Assembly: GCF_037042905.1 (NCBI RefSeq)
Contig: NC_087251.1
Coordinates: 20,648,001 to 20,712,000, forward strand
Direction: 5' to 3'
Origin: Lytechinus pictus
Lineage: Eukaryota
DNA length: 64,000 bases
Of this stretch, positions 35,552 to 50,500 are shown in pieces; positions within the stretch are counted from its first letter, which is position 1, and every line of letters starts with the position of its first letter. Under the pieces are notes generated by a model, which did no database searches, had not been told where the DNA came from, and saw only the letters and a list, made by a program, of their open reading frames with translations. Made by a program: the position numbers and the translations under genes.

Positions 35552-38500
35552 CTGTGAAAGAAAGAGAAGTAGGGTCTTATTACCTTCAATTCATTTTTTT
35601 CCAGAAATATTAGTATATCACCTTTATAAGTAGTGATCCATTTTAGAACAGAACCCCCCCCCCCATGCCTTGCAAATAATTGCTTTAAAAAAAATTCCCT
35701 CCATGTAAGATCTGTTTCAGGAGAATATCAATAAATGCAATTTCTTTCGAAATCAAATTTGTAAATGACACAAGACCACATCCAGGTTTCATAGACTAAG
35801 AACAAGGAAGGACAGAACACGGAATTGAAAACATACCTTTGTTGTATGATGATGTTTATTGTAGTGTGTATTGGCTATACTAGGCAGCATACTCTGTTGG
35901 TGTCTGTTGTTGGTGTGTAGCTTGGGAAAGCTGGTTGTTCCGAACGTCTGCGTTGGATAGTTACTGATACTGTGACTGACCTTGCTGTTTTGAACCTTGG
36001 GCAGTAAGGTGCTGGTAAAGTTCTCACTTTCATGAAGCTTACTTTTCCTCTGTTGAATGAAAAAAACAAAGTTCACATTGAGCAATGGATACGAGCAATA
36101 AACATATCAATGATACTAGGCAATACCAATAATGAAAAGCTAATGCAATTTAGGAAAATCTGTCAGATGAGATATAACAAAATAATGACAATGATTATGA
36201 TTATTTCATTGAAATGGACCAGTATGCACTTAAAAAGAAAAGATGGTGCCTATTGATCAAAGCCTTTCTTCACAAGCAGCTTTGGGTATACACAATTATT
36301 TCCCATGCTGTACTTGTTTGAAAGAACAAGTAGACTTGTAAATTGTTAATCTGAAAGCTATATTTATGAATTTAAAAATTCAAGCATTTTAGGAAAACCA
36401 GTTGGAGTGATGTACCTCCAATGTTGTGAGCTCTATGTATGGGATGGATATATTGTATCAAGAAACCTTGACCTCTTCATTTTTTTTCAAACCAGATTTA
36501 AACATCAGTGTGAATGCTTGATATGCAATGTACATCTACATCAAAGTCAAGAATCAACGCATTTAAGGATGAAAGCTCGGGATAGCCCAAGCAAATTGAA
36601 CGCCATAAAAGACAGACAGAAACCATAAAAACATCACCCTAATGCCAGGTGCAGAAAGCTCTAAGATAGATTCCCAAGAATTTTTGTCACTTCGCCATAA
36701 TTGCCAATCATAAAATTAGACTTGTACATTTAAATGTCCATTTAGGACAAGTTATGTTTGCTAAAAGACTCAGATAGTCGTTCTATGCAAGTGATAGCAA
36801 TGCACTGTAAATTCACCATGTCATCCCAACACAGCACACCAAACACATTCAATACCAACATATAAGCCATAGAAAAGCAAAATGGCCAATAATACAATAT
36901 GCTTAGCAGATGATAATAACAAAAAAATGAAGTCCAAACTTGCAAAAATTTGTTATCTCCAATTCTAAATGAATTTACCGGTATGCTATTTGTCTGTTAC
37001 GCTGACTGCACAAATTACTCATATATTTAATTTTTGTAATTTTCTCACATTTTGTGTCATTGGGGGTATATTTCAGAGGATAAACGATTATAGGCAGATA
37101 TGGTCGATCAAATGAATTACTTCTCATGCAAGCAAGTGTTCAAAATTGACCCATTCTAAGAGCACTTAATATAGATATGCTCGGTTTCTCTCAATCAAAG
37201 TGAAATAGGTCTGAGCAATTTAAAATGAACAGTTTGTGAAAACTTGTCTAAAGAAAGCAGAACTTTGGGCTCATGAGAATCTCCCTAAATTGCCACATTT
37301 TGTCCAAATTTACTTGACCACATTAAATGTTTTATATAATAGAGACCATGAAAGGATATTGAAAATCAGAATTGTTCATTGCAACCATCTATATACTACA
37401 AGCCCCAACACATACACACTCTCTCACCTTGTGAATCTTCTTTACTCTTTGAGGGCCAAGTTTTTCAGATTTTTTCTGAGAAGAATGTTGCAAAAAATGA
37501 TTTTGCTTCACAGAAATTACACTTTTTGTGGTATGTCTTATATATGAATACCAATTTCATAGTGGTAAAATAATCAAAATGTCAAGTCTCTACTTGCCCA
37601 TGTCCTCTCAAATTGTAATCATTGATTCCAAGAATACATCTATAGGTATCATGATATTTCAACATATCAAATCAAAGTTGATCTTATTTATCAATGATTT
37701 TGTAACCTTCATACAGAAGACAAATGCTGTATGATACAGTGCATGTCACTTGAAATCCAAAGGTGTCATGAGACAATGCTCATAGTCCGATAATTATCTC
37801 TTTGATTTCAAGTTGAAGTGCTGGCCTATACCAAGAAGGGGGAACTTAATCTTCATTTATGAATCAATACAATGGCAATGATAAAGTGTCATCAACCAAT
37901 CTCATGGTAGCATTTCTTGTGATATCATCAAAATCCAATAAATAGACTTGAAACTTGATTACTGATAACTTCTAACTTTTAAAATCATGCTAAAAAAGGA
38001 CAATTGATATGAATATGAGAAGTTGATTCTCTGAACAATTCATGACACAATTTGGAAAATATACCATTAAAACCCAGGTGAATCTAATATTGATGTCTCA
38101 CAAGATCCCTTAATCATCATCAACATCATGTGACTTCTCAGTAGTGTTAGATTCTAGAAGAATGCCGGTTCATAATACCCAAGATCTTAAAAGAAATTTT
38201 CCTTACCTTTGCTTTTCTAAGGGATTTGTGGTTTTCATTGTCACCATCTTTGCCCTCCACATGACTCTCCTTAGCAGTGTCTTCTGATATGACTGACCCC
38301 TGGTCACCGAGTGACATCTTCTTCTTCTCCGCATGCTGTTTTCTCTTGTCTGCATCCCTGTTGGAATATACAGATAAAATTATATGTTTCAGTTTTCTTT
38401 CATCTCTTGAAAAAGTGTTTATCAGATATCTTCATCAAGACCAAAGACACATGCCATAACATAACACAACAGTTATGGTGTATAACATAACAAATTTGCA

Positions 38501-41500
38501 CTCCAATGCATTATTCAAATCCTTTCTCTGTTTGCCATGTAATCAACTAAGATCAAGATCAAATCATGAAACTGGGGGGGGCAACTGGAGCTACGGGACA
38601 ATTGCAATTAACAATGTGTAAACTGCATATATCATTTAAGCTTGCAAGTGAGCAAAAGGAAGAATACTGAAGTATTTTTCTGAAAATTTTGAAAAAAACA
38701 CCATCCAGATCAGAGCACTATAACATAAAATTACAGTAACCTGTACAACTACTTGTAAGCATTACTGCAAGTCTAGCTTTAAACAAGTACAGAAATTACA
38801 ATCACTAGTAAATATCAATCAATTATATCTCTTTATACCACATGCCAAAATTGAGCCTAATACTGTCTCCTATCACAACAGCAGATTCAGACTTCTTCCC
38901 AAATTGAAGTGCATGACTTTGGTATCAGCGAAGTTCATAAGATGGAAAATAAGCTTAAATTATTATTATTAAGTCTTTCTAAAAACTGATTAACATGAGT
39001 TAATTTGACCAAGTCTTCACTTTATTTACCCATCTTCCATAGACCTGTAATCACAAACAAGCATTCGCTTGAGTTGAGTTAAGTGCTTACATTCCCCTAT
39101 TTAAGCCACTTAATAAGTAATCTGACAGTCATTAGCACGCAAGGCAAACAAACATCTTATTAATATCAAATAAACATAAGTAGGGTAATAGTTTTATTAT
39201 CAGAAATAAGCTTTGAATTATCAAATTGGTTATCAATACAAAATTTAATCTAATAATCTCTTGATAATAGCATAAAGTTTATAAATACAATCTTGTATTA
39301 TCAGAATTCAATTACAAATCATTTATAATGTTTGACTGCTCTTATATAGTGAATGTATGTAAATGTAGTATCTGAAAAAGAACTTCATCATTACTTATGA
39401 GAGAACATTGATTGACTTTTCTCAACAGTGAAGAGGGGCACTTGATTATCTTTAAATCACACCTCTGCATAATCATATCAGTGGCACATGTTCACTAAGA
39501 TTTTAGTTGTATATTAACTGTTCTTGCTCTTTACCGGTGAGAGGAAAGATTACAAGTGACGTGTACATTGTACAACAGAAAGTCATGAAAAGATCCAGAA
39601 TTAGGAAGAAAAAAACAAGGAAAAAAATGAAAGGGTGCCGAGATAAATTTCTTTAATGATAAGAATGCAAAAAAAACATCACAAGCCATTTGATCTTGTA
39701 TAGTTATAGGGAACTTAGGGTATTCCATAAAAAAATTATTATTTCCATTACCCTTAGAAATGACAGATCTATATATTATCAAGTATATTACAAGTACATG
39801 GATAATTATTAAAGTTTTACGATAAAAGCATGTTTCTCTAAAGTGTTAATGAAAATCCTTGATTTGACCTACCTAAAAATCCTAAATTGCTCTGTAGATA
39901 TAGCTGTTTTCTTTGTCCAAAGTTTATGCTTTATTAATTTATTTTCAAATTGGCCACAACCAATAATTTTCATGAAACCTATAGTATAAAACATCAAATT
40001 ATTTAATTTCTTGTTATAATTGTATGTCTACCCCCCCCCCTAATTTTTTTTTACATACATCTTTATATATAACAGGAGACTAGAATGCATCTGAATAGAA
40101 AACTAGTCAAAAGGCATACTTTAAATGATATGATAATGCTTATAGCATTTTCATTAATATGATGTAGGTAAAAGAGCAATTTAGATCAAACAACTTCACT
40201 CAAAAGCAAGAGTGCTATATTATAATGCCTATAGCATTAAAAGATGGATGTAGGTAAAATAGGCTAACTTCACACAAAAGCATCAGTGCTATAATGCTTA
40301 TAGCAATTTCATTAATAATGTAGATAAATAACTTTACTCAAGAACAAATGAGTGCTATGCCAGAAATCAATCCCTAGACTCTATATTTACTCATGTGACA
40401 TAGACTGCTTGGCTACAGCATTATTGGTGGCAGCAGTGGGATCAAGGTTCCAATTTGTTATGAAGAACAAATACAGATTTTTATGACAAATTTGCCATCA
40501 ATCCATTAAACTTCAACATTTACAGTAGCAGTAACAGTAACAGTAGCAGTTACTGCAATTGTGATATTGAAACAAATTTAATGCAATGGCACCCAACAGA
40601 ATGTTGTTACCAGGATAATAGTAACGAATAGGGGGAATATTTTTCATAAACTTGAGTGTGGCAGTTCAGACATTAGTGGACTTTTTGTAGAAGAAAATAG
40701 AATAAAAAAAATAGATGTAATTTTGGTTTAATTGCAAAACAGTGGTACTTAAGTAGTCTGTCATTCTTGATAATTATATGAAAAATTATTCCTCAAATAA
40801 TAAATTTACAAGGGGGCTAAGAGATTTAAATAAATTGAAAGTTCCTTGGACAATTTACATATAGAAATATGATTTTTCTTTATAATATCTATTTCATCAT
40901 GGTACATAAGAGCAAGTCAAGTACGTTAGGACTTAGGAAATCTGAAAATTTCTAAATTGTCTTTACAAACATGTATTCCCCTGATATAGAAACAAAAATG
41001 GCACAATTTACTTTCACAAGGTTGCATCATATTCATGATATAGATTTGTAGGTTAAATCAACAAAAATATACCTGTGCCATGAATATGATAAATCATGTT
41101 TTAAATGTTGTGAGAAAATATAGATCTAGCAAGTTTGCTCTTAAATTTTATGAGTGCATTAAAGAATTTATTGACCAAACTTGGCTTTTATAAAGTTTTA
41201 TTATTGACTGCATATTAAGTCTTGTTTAAGGCCTTAACTTTTAAAGAAAGCTTCAGATACTATATTTTACGAGGGGGTGCAATGTCATTATTCTTTGATG
41301 TAGATCTCATAATCTATTTAACCTGCTGTATACTACCACTTACCATTCATTGAATCCTAAAAATCATATGAAATTACACATTCAAGAGAAGATTTTCTTA
41401 CCTTAAATAATAAGTCAGAATGTGAGGCTCATCACGAGTCATCACGAGCCATCTACACAATATGACTTTGCCGGAAATACTGCACCTATAATACACTATC

Positions 41501-44500
41501 ACTCAGCCAAGAGGATAATATACATCTCTATTTTCATAACTGTATTCACGAGCAAGATATTAAATCTTTTGAAAAGTACTAGAAGAATCAATGTACATGT
41601 CTTCTCCTCTAGTTCACTTTTAAATGTCCATCAAAGTACAATTCTGTCACATGCTCAAGAAATCAATTTAAAGTGATGAGATGATTTTTTTCCAGTGACA
41701 GTTGACTCAAGTAATCTTGCAGGTCTTGAAAAAAGTTCACGCATGTAAAAATATATCAAAGTTTATGACTATTCATCCCAAGATAATTCAATAAGTACAT
41801 GAGTATTTCAAGACTTTTGATAGTTTCATTACTTTTCCAACATGTTCCAACTTTAAGAATAAAATTAAAGTTCAATCATTTAATAGCAATAAATGCAATC
41901 CAATTATTCTTCCAAGTTCTCCTGCAGCTCCACACTCCAAAATGATATTAGAACTTCTCTTGTAGTTTCTCTACTTCAAAAATGTCCATACTCTGAAAAT
42001 GACACTAAATCTACAAACTGTTAGGAACAGCAGTTTCTTGACATTTTTGATTGCTCCGCGACAGCCCCCTTGGAGCAATACTTCTTGCCAACAGCCACGC
42101 TATCTTAGAAGAACACAAATAGATCTGCATGAATAGAACATCGAAACACCCCTGCTTCTTCACGCCCGTCTTCTAACAAAAGAATATTTGGTAGATAGCT
42201 GACAGAGACGAAACTGGAATCACCCATGATGCTAAAGGTCATGTCATAAACAGGACTAATTGTGTGCTTTGGAGAAGCAACTGATGAGGCTCAATAAAAA
42301 CCCTTCCAGTGGTCAGACAATGTCTGTAATTATTTGTCATTATAGGAACTAATTGAGATAGAATACACAGTGTGAAAAAAACAACCATTTCCATGGCGAA
42401 TGCATTCAATGGAATTGCTAACAATTTGTATTCACAACTCGAAAAATGCATTGGTGTCCTTAATCAGGCCAACTTTTTTCTCCCTTTTTCCCCAATTGAA
42501 GAATATCCAAGAACATGAGATGGCTTTTCCAAACATAAGTAGAAGCCAATGTAACTTTGTTGGGGGGTATGCTAGTTTTACCACAAAAAAATGAAGAAAT
42601 TCAAAATCTATTGGAAGGGACATGTCAGTGATATTTTTACTTTTCATTCAAAAATTATGTTCTTCAAGACAAATTTTAATATGTGAAAAATGCTTTACCT
42701 TCATTCTGCTTATAGAGGAACATTGAATTAAAGAAGAATGGACAAAATACTGTACTGATAGAATGAGATTTATAGGGTAAAAAAGACTGGATAGATGATA
42801 TAAAGATAGTGATATAAAGGGAAATAAATGTGTCACAGCCAAGTCAAGTCCTGCTGCAGCACTAATTTATAGTTGCCACAATCAACCCAGGTGACTTAAA
42901 TGGGTATCTGAGAGGATTATTTTCAGTAAAATTCTTAAGCGACTCTATGACACTTGTGTTAAAGGATAGGTTATAACTGTGAAATGCCAGGAGTGTCATA
43001 TCTGATAGACATTACTCATGATAGAATACAATACTACTACTTGTAACATCCAAGAACAACAAGGAGATAAGAAAAAAAACATACTAAATTATCTTTCTCA
43101 CAGGAATATTGATCCTTGTCTTTCATGATTGTTATCTTCTTAAGCAGTATGTTTTTCAGCTTAAATAAAGGTTAACAAGATCTAAATGTACCAGTGAACA
43201 TATTCGCCAAGGCCTTTGGAAGACTGCAAATACTTGAGGCATGCAAGTATGTTTCACAATCCTAAATCTCCATCTCCATTCTATACTACCACAGAGGACA
43301 GCTACAGATAGTAAATATTGACACAGACTCAGCTGTTATGTCAATATGAACAGTGTAACAGAAACTTGTAAATGTGAACAATAGTGTTTGTGATGTTTTT
43401 TAAGCAGAGACAAGAATTTCATCACATATTACTACTTGGCAACGGACTAGAAACTGCCATAGATGGCAGTATAACATCCCGTCTCAAAAGTCATATATAT
43501 TTTTCCTGTTATTTACAGGTATTCGTGTTGCATTACTGACCAACTGTACCCCCCCCCCACTCTTTTACAGAAGTTTGATTCTATCTTGTAGAATTCCTCT
43601 CTTTGATGACTAGAGTCATTCTTTCAATTATTCATTAATATTATTATTCATTGATATCATCATTCATTTATGTATTTGATTTGTGCTAAGTGATCCTAAT
43701 AAAAAAAATCAAATCTGTTCACGTCAAATTATTGATCTATGTCAAGCCATATGTGGAATGTTATAATTGATTATGCCTTTGTGCTAAATTCAAAAAGGTG
43801 AGCTAAATTTACCCTTGATTTTCACTATATTGAACAGGCATACATGTATATGCACATATTACGCTGAAAAGAGACAGATAATGAATGCACATTTTGGATA
43901 AATGGTACTTTGTTTATGCTTGTTGTAATGGTTATTGACTTGAAAAAAAAAAAAAATTGGGGCAAATGAATTAGCCAAAGTTTAGCCTTAGCAAAATATA
44001 TTATTAGAAATCCTTGTGATTGATCATTTTTCACAAACCATGATATCATTGAACACACCTTTGTGAATTTTGGCCAAATTGAATAAGGAATTACTCTTAC
44101 CTGAGATCTTTGAAGAAGGCATGTCTGATAACCTGCTTTGCCGTTATCCTTTCATCTGGATCATAGGTACAAAGTTTGTTGATTATTTCTAGGGTCTGCT
44201 TCGTGGCATTGGGTAACAACTTCTCTATACCCGTACCCTTCTTGGAAGGGAAGTTGTAGTTTATGCCTCTCGCTTTACTGTAAAAATCAAGGAAAGAAAA
44301 GAATTTAGAGGTGGTTATTTCACCAGAAATCAAAGAAAGCATGAATGTTAGTAGGCAAAAAGATGACTATTGGCTTTAAGGCTTTTCCGAGAGACCTAGT
44401 ATGATAAGCACCTCAACAAAGGGGCACTAGTAGAAATGCCTAAGGGCCACGGGATGGGCAGCAAGGGAGCACAACTGTCAATATGATATTTTTCATGTTT

Positions 44501-47500
44501 TTGATTTACAAGGACAAAAATATCAAATGAGAAAGAAAATTAAAAGAGAAGGATTAAAAGACAAGGAGGGGTCACAGAAATATATATATATATACCCCAA
44601 TTATTTCATTCATAAGAATGGTTTCACCTTAAGGTCCCCCCTATCAAAATCCAATCATACTGCCCCTGTTCGTATCACTGACCTACCAACTAAGTTTACA
44701 TACCTCCTGGTAGTATATACGTAAACAATTATCTTAGTGACATTTTCCAGAATGAATTTGCATTATATGTAAGCTACTTGTGTATTTTTCATACTATGAA
44801 AATTATTTCCAGAAATAAAGGTATCACAATGAATGAAGTTATGTGAATTATATATTATCATAATACATTATGATAACAGGAAAAATTATAAAGAACCATT
44901 AATTTCCACATGATGTGGACTTTGCACATTTTTTAATCATAAACTTAACATTACATTAGTCTAGCCCTAGAATTTATGAGGGTTGTTTTTTAATTCCAAG
45001 GTACAGCAGTGTATACAAGTGGCTCAACTTGTAACTTTGCATTTCAGCTAAATTATATTTTATTTTAAGGTGAAGGTTTTAATATGATTTAAAGCAATAA
45101 GGAAAATAGTCTTTATTTGTGCTAAAATGTGCACTTTATTATTACCCAACAATTAAGCAGATTATTTAAGGGTCCCATATTTGACAATCAAAAGATGACT
45201 ATACATTCTTGGTAGAGGCAATCTAATTTAGTCAAGTGCACTATAAGGTTTTTCTATATCGTAAAATGAGATATTCTATAATCACCAGATATCAATAAAC
45301 TAATATAGAGATATGTATTATCCCAAATGAATAGTTCTCAAATGTCTTGAGCTAAGCAAACTGCACATGGGCAAATCCAATAGTTTCTTTTGATTAAATG
45401 GTTCTTAAACAAAGTGGGCTGATACATTGCTCAGTAAGTCAAGGTTTGGCCCTGCTTGCATTTCCATTGTGAAAAGGCTGGTCAGAGGAACTGCCAACAC
45501 TACCTCGAGAGGTGGGGTCAATAAAGGTCATGCAGTTTCGTTTCAGACCTAATGACATTTACGGTGAATTTATGGCCGGCATTGGCCGCACTTCAATCTA
45601 CCCCCTTTTTCACTCTGAATGGGGAACTATTATTATCACAATAATCAATATTAATGGGAAATAAGCTTAGTACTTTAATAGTCATTTGAGGCTAGGAGTA
45701 ATTGATTACTTTAGACTACTAGTACTTTTAATGTCAATTTTTCATCAACAATGTAAATGTACTTACTTTCTAAATTTGTTGAGTACAGTAGCATCAGGTG
45801 TGCCCATCACATCATGGATTTTGGCAATCTGATCGACTTCATTGGCACCAGGGAATAACGGATGTAAACTGAAATGGAAATTTAAAAAAAAAATTATTAT
45901 CAGGACCGTAAAGACTCAACAAAACAAAGATCTGTATCTGTAGAAGATATAATTTTTCATTCCTATAGATAGGAAAAATGGGGCTAAATGTGGATGAAGA
46001 CAAAATATATATGCATATATATAGAAACCAACACTGTGCCAGGAATATAATATGACATGTAAAATATCACAATGTAATCACCACAGATTTAAATTAGAAC
46101 AGTAAATGTTCACATCGATATATAGAACTACCAGTAAATAAAAGAATTACACGAACTTTAAGGCACTTTTCAGGTATACTATAAATTGCATCAATTGGTA
46201 AAGCATTGTACATCATAATCCACATAAAGTTTACATGAAAGTCTACAAGTCTAAGCCAAAACAATTCACTTGTGGACACAATTACTCATATAATCCATGA
46301 TTAGGAGACCTACCTGAGTATTTCAAAGAAGACACAACCTACACTCCACATGTCCATTTGATACGAGTAGTAGCCATCGGTGAGTAAGCACTCAGGAGCA
46401 CGATACCTGTAATATCAATATTCATTATGAAACATAAAATACTCACGAAGCGACTTGTTATGGCTATCAATCATGAATGTTCATTACAAAAGAAACTTTA
46501 TACGATTAATTCCAAATGTCAAAGATTCTTTTATCAATGGAGGAGAGAAATGGGTGTAAATGAAAGCGGACTTTAAGATAATACATCCAAAAATACCAAT
46601 CAGGAATTAAATTAATATTCTGACTGATTATCATGAATATTCGATAGGAGAGGAATCATTGGGAAAGGAAATTATCTGATAGACGATATTTTAATGCATA
46701 GAATAAATATGGTACTTCTGAAAATGGTACATGTATAGTGGGGCATGAACGAGACCCACAAAATTTAAATTTTGGGTACCTACCATCTTGTTGAGATATA
46801 CTCTGTGAATGGCTGCTTAGAATAGACACTTCTACATGACCCAAAATCTGCTAACTTTAAATGATCATCCTAATAAATAGAACAACAAAAAAAAGAATAA
46901 TGTTAATTCATATCTAATTCGAATTCACAGGTGAGGTATGAGGGGTGTTTTATATAATCTCAGAGTGATGTTGTTCATTTCACTGACGCAAACACCTTTA
47001 CAAACTTTTGCAATATGGTGATATTATATGATCATAAATGATATTGATAATGATAACTAGAGCACTATTACTTCCACAATAAAATCAATGATTATTATTG
47101 TTATATTATTATAATATGAACAGTAATAATCATATGATAATCATAACCACATCTGACAGATGCACTACATGTATGCACTATATGTACATGCACTACATGT
47201 ATATAATAATCACTATTATCACCATTATCAATGATTACTATTATCACCATTATTAATGATACTAATGAAAGGAATTAAAACAATAAAAGCAATTCAACAG
47301 CAAATGCCACATGCAACATATAAAAGTATTGCAAAAATAGTGCAGAGGAATCACAGAGGCAAGCCTATATTATCACAAAATAATGCTGCTTCTTCAATCC
47401 TTTCTGTGCAGAGAGCATCCAGGTACCAATTTTTTTCTGGTAACTTTCAATGTAAATATTCTCAGAATACTGTATTTGTACACATACATGTATGGACTTA

Positions 47501-50500
47501 CAGAATTTATCATGCAAAACACATAATTTGAATTGATTGAAAATGCATCATTGTACATGAAAGGACCTGTAACTTATACAGTAATTTCAAACAGATTCTA
47601 CATAAATTTGTATCATCATTAATAGAAAAAGTTGAAAACCATCTTTGTATCCAATTAGCAAGGATGTTTAGCATAAACATAGTGATGCATAAATAAATTA
47701 TAATTACAATTCTTCTAGAAATTGGAATACTCTGTGTTTCCATTGATCATAAATAGATTTAACAAACAAATTCATAGAAATGTCATTCAAGTAACACAAT
47801 GGTCATCATGTTTTACAATTCTCAGATGTTACTATGGGCACAGTAATACATGTATATAAACATAATGTACAATGCATTGACATACAAATCTATTTACAAA
47901 GAAACCATTTGTGAGAACACCCTGACTTTAATATCAGAGAGTAGAACACGTCACTTCATTGAAAGCAAATTAGATTACCATCGATTGGTTTCATGCTTGG
48001 ATTAATTCATGCTTTTGCAATTTGTTGTCTTCCTTTGCGAGTTAATTCGATAAAAGGCCATAAATTGAGTCGACACTTTTCACTCATAGCTAGGTTAGAA
48101 GGACGAACGAGCCAATGCAGTTTTCTTATCATGCCGGTACATCGATCATAACATAAAGTGACAAGGTGAAAATTCATTTCAACAGTGGCATGCTGTCAGA
48201 GATCAAACAGTTATGGATAGATGCCATGGTGATCATTCTTTACATGGACGCGTTATTTGATGTTAATCAGTCACTACGCATCATCATTCAAATTAGAACA
48301 ACAAATTGCCCAGGGACATTGCTCACATCCAGCAATGACTTAATGTATTCGTGCTAATTAGGGGTAAGTCTAACATGTACATGATAATTGTAATACAATC
48401 CACAAAAAAATTACAAGGATATAAAGAGTGAAAATGCAAAATCTCATCACATCTCTCTGTTTACCTTGTTTATGCATAACAGTCAGACTAAACATGCTGA
48501 AATATTTTTCAAATGTGATGGATTGAGTCATAAGATTACTTGAAGGTACATTCATCATAACACCATTTTTCTTAATTCAGCATATCAGCTTTTAAAGAAT
48601 TTAAGTCATCAAACTACAGGTGTTTCAAAATCTTGAGGAGATATATCAAAGCAGAACCACCCTCAGAGCCAGAGATTTTGATCAACACTACTGGTAAATA
48701 ACATTTGATAAGAACCTGACAGTATCTTGTAAGTAAATAGTAGGGAAAAGGAGGAAACCAAAAATAGGTTACTTACCCTAATAAGAATATTCTCTGGTTT
48801 TACATCTCTGTGAAATATTCCATTCCTGAAATAACAAACAAGAAAATCAACTTAATAATTTGAAATTATCACCTATCCCTACAGACAATTGGGACACTAT
48901 TTTCAATATCAAAGATCATGAGACAATAAAATGATTGAGTTTTTTTTACAATAAACAAAATTTTAATATAAATACTACCGCAAAATCATCAAGTAATGCT
49001 GAAAGTAGGAGTAGGTCAGCATGTACAACCATTACCCTAAAACAGGATTATGATACAAACTTGACGGAAAAGTAATAAGGCGCCAGTTGTTGTCAATTGC
49101 TTATATCAAAAGAATGAAGGCTGCTACATTGGATACCAACTCTTTCTTCTTGGGTAGGGGTTTGTCATGAATACATGTCTGGATTATCCAGCTGAATGCC
49201 AGCTCTATTACCTTACTTCATAATTTTGGTGGCAGCGGTGGGATACATGTACATGTAGGTACCCATACCATTGAATACACACAATTTCAAATATATCTCA
49301 TCTCCCATACATAGTGTAAGAAAGTTAATACATGTACATGTAGTTACACATACATGTTTCAATATCAGTGTCATTTCATTGCAATATAAATCTGGATATG
49401 ATGTATTTGCTACTGGGACCTTGAAAGTTAATTGTGGCCACTGCTTTATTCTAAACAGCCATCTCAATCATTGCTAAGCCTTCTTCTATTAATTTTCATC
49501 ATATTGATAGGTGTGTATATTATAATTAATGGGTAGGAGGCTTTTCCAAGAACTGAAAATCATGTGGTACAAAGTTAAAAATTCTGCTATTTTACATCAA
49601 ATTTGGCTGAGGAGTGAACACAAAATGAAGTGTGTTCATGGAGGCTGGAGCAGTACTTTGTACTGAGATCTGGGTGACGATGCATATATTCACCATGCTG
49701 CATCAGAAATATTAGAAAAAAATCATCCATTGGCTAATAATTTGGTACATAATACAAATTTACAGATGACAGGAGTAGGCAATCATGAGTGAAAACATAA
49801 AAGCTGTCATGATATGCATAAAATAATCTGAAATGGAGGAAATGTCTAAGTTTCTTATGCTGAATCTATTCTTATAACAATATGCATGAATGATTTTTTG
49901 GTATAAAAATCACTTACCGGTGCATATGTTCTAACGCCTTGATTAATTGGTAGATGTAGTTTTTCACTTTCTCTTGAGGTAAGTAGTGTCTTCTCCCTGA
50001 AAAAAGGAAAGGAATATATGTAAAACAATGTTTACACCTTCATAGGGCTATACTAAGTATGAATAAAATGATGGTGACATTATTTTGAAGATAAATATGG
50101 TACATGTAATTGACGTGCCAAATTGCAAGGAAAAAAATTACCTTCTATATCACTTTAATTAGCCTTGTTTACTTTACTATTCATTTGATTTTTCAGTGTT
50201 GCTGTAGCTACACATTTATGCAAAATTATTTATCTAGTAAAATAAACATAACTTATTTTGATTCCTTTCCCCCAACTTGCCCATAAATGTGATATTTTTG
50301 TAAATAAACCTTTTGATTTATTCACTGTATCAATTGTTTCTATGTCAAGACTGAAAGACATTGATACCTAAAATGATCGTTTCTCTTTAAGTTTAATATA
50401 TTAGAGTGCTTAATGTAGACAATGTACTTTTCTTCTCTTAAATGCGGTACATGTTTTCTCAATTCCAATACACCACATGCAATAACCATTAACTTTCTAC

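Noticed and set aside
36978..37004. 27-nt cag...gtaaat micro-exon candidate in MOK intron 11
   Set aside because: Contains TAA in the required phase-0 frame and the donor is weak
40388..40460. Possible extra MOK exon (NWNLDPTAATNNAVAKQSMSH) with a phase-2 donor
   Set aside because: No AG acceptor before the upstream in-frame stop; exons 10 and 11 already join in frame
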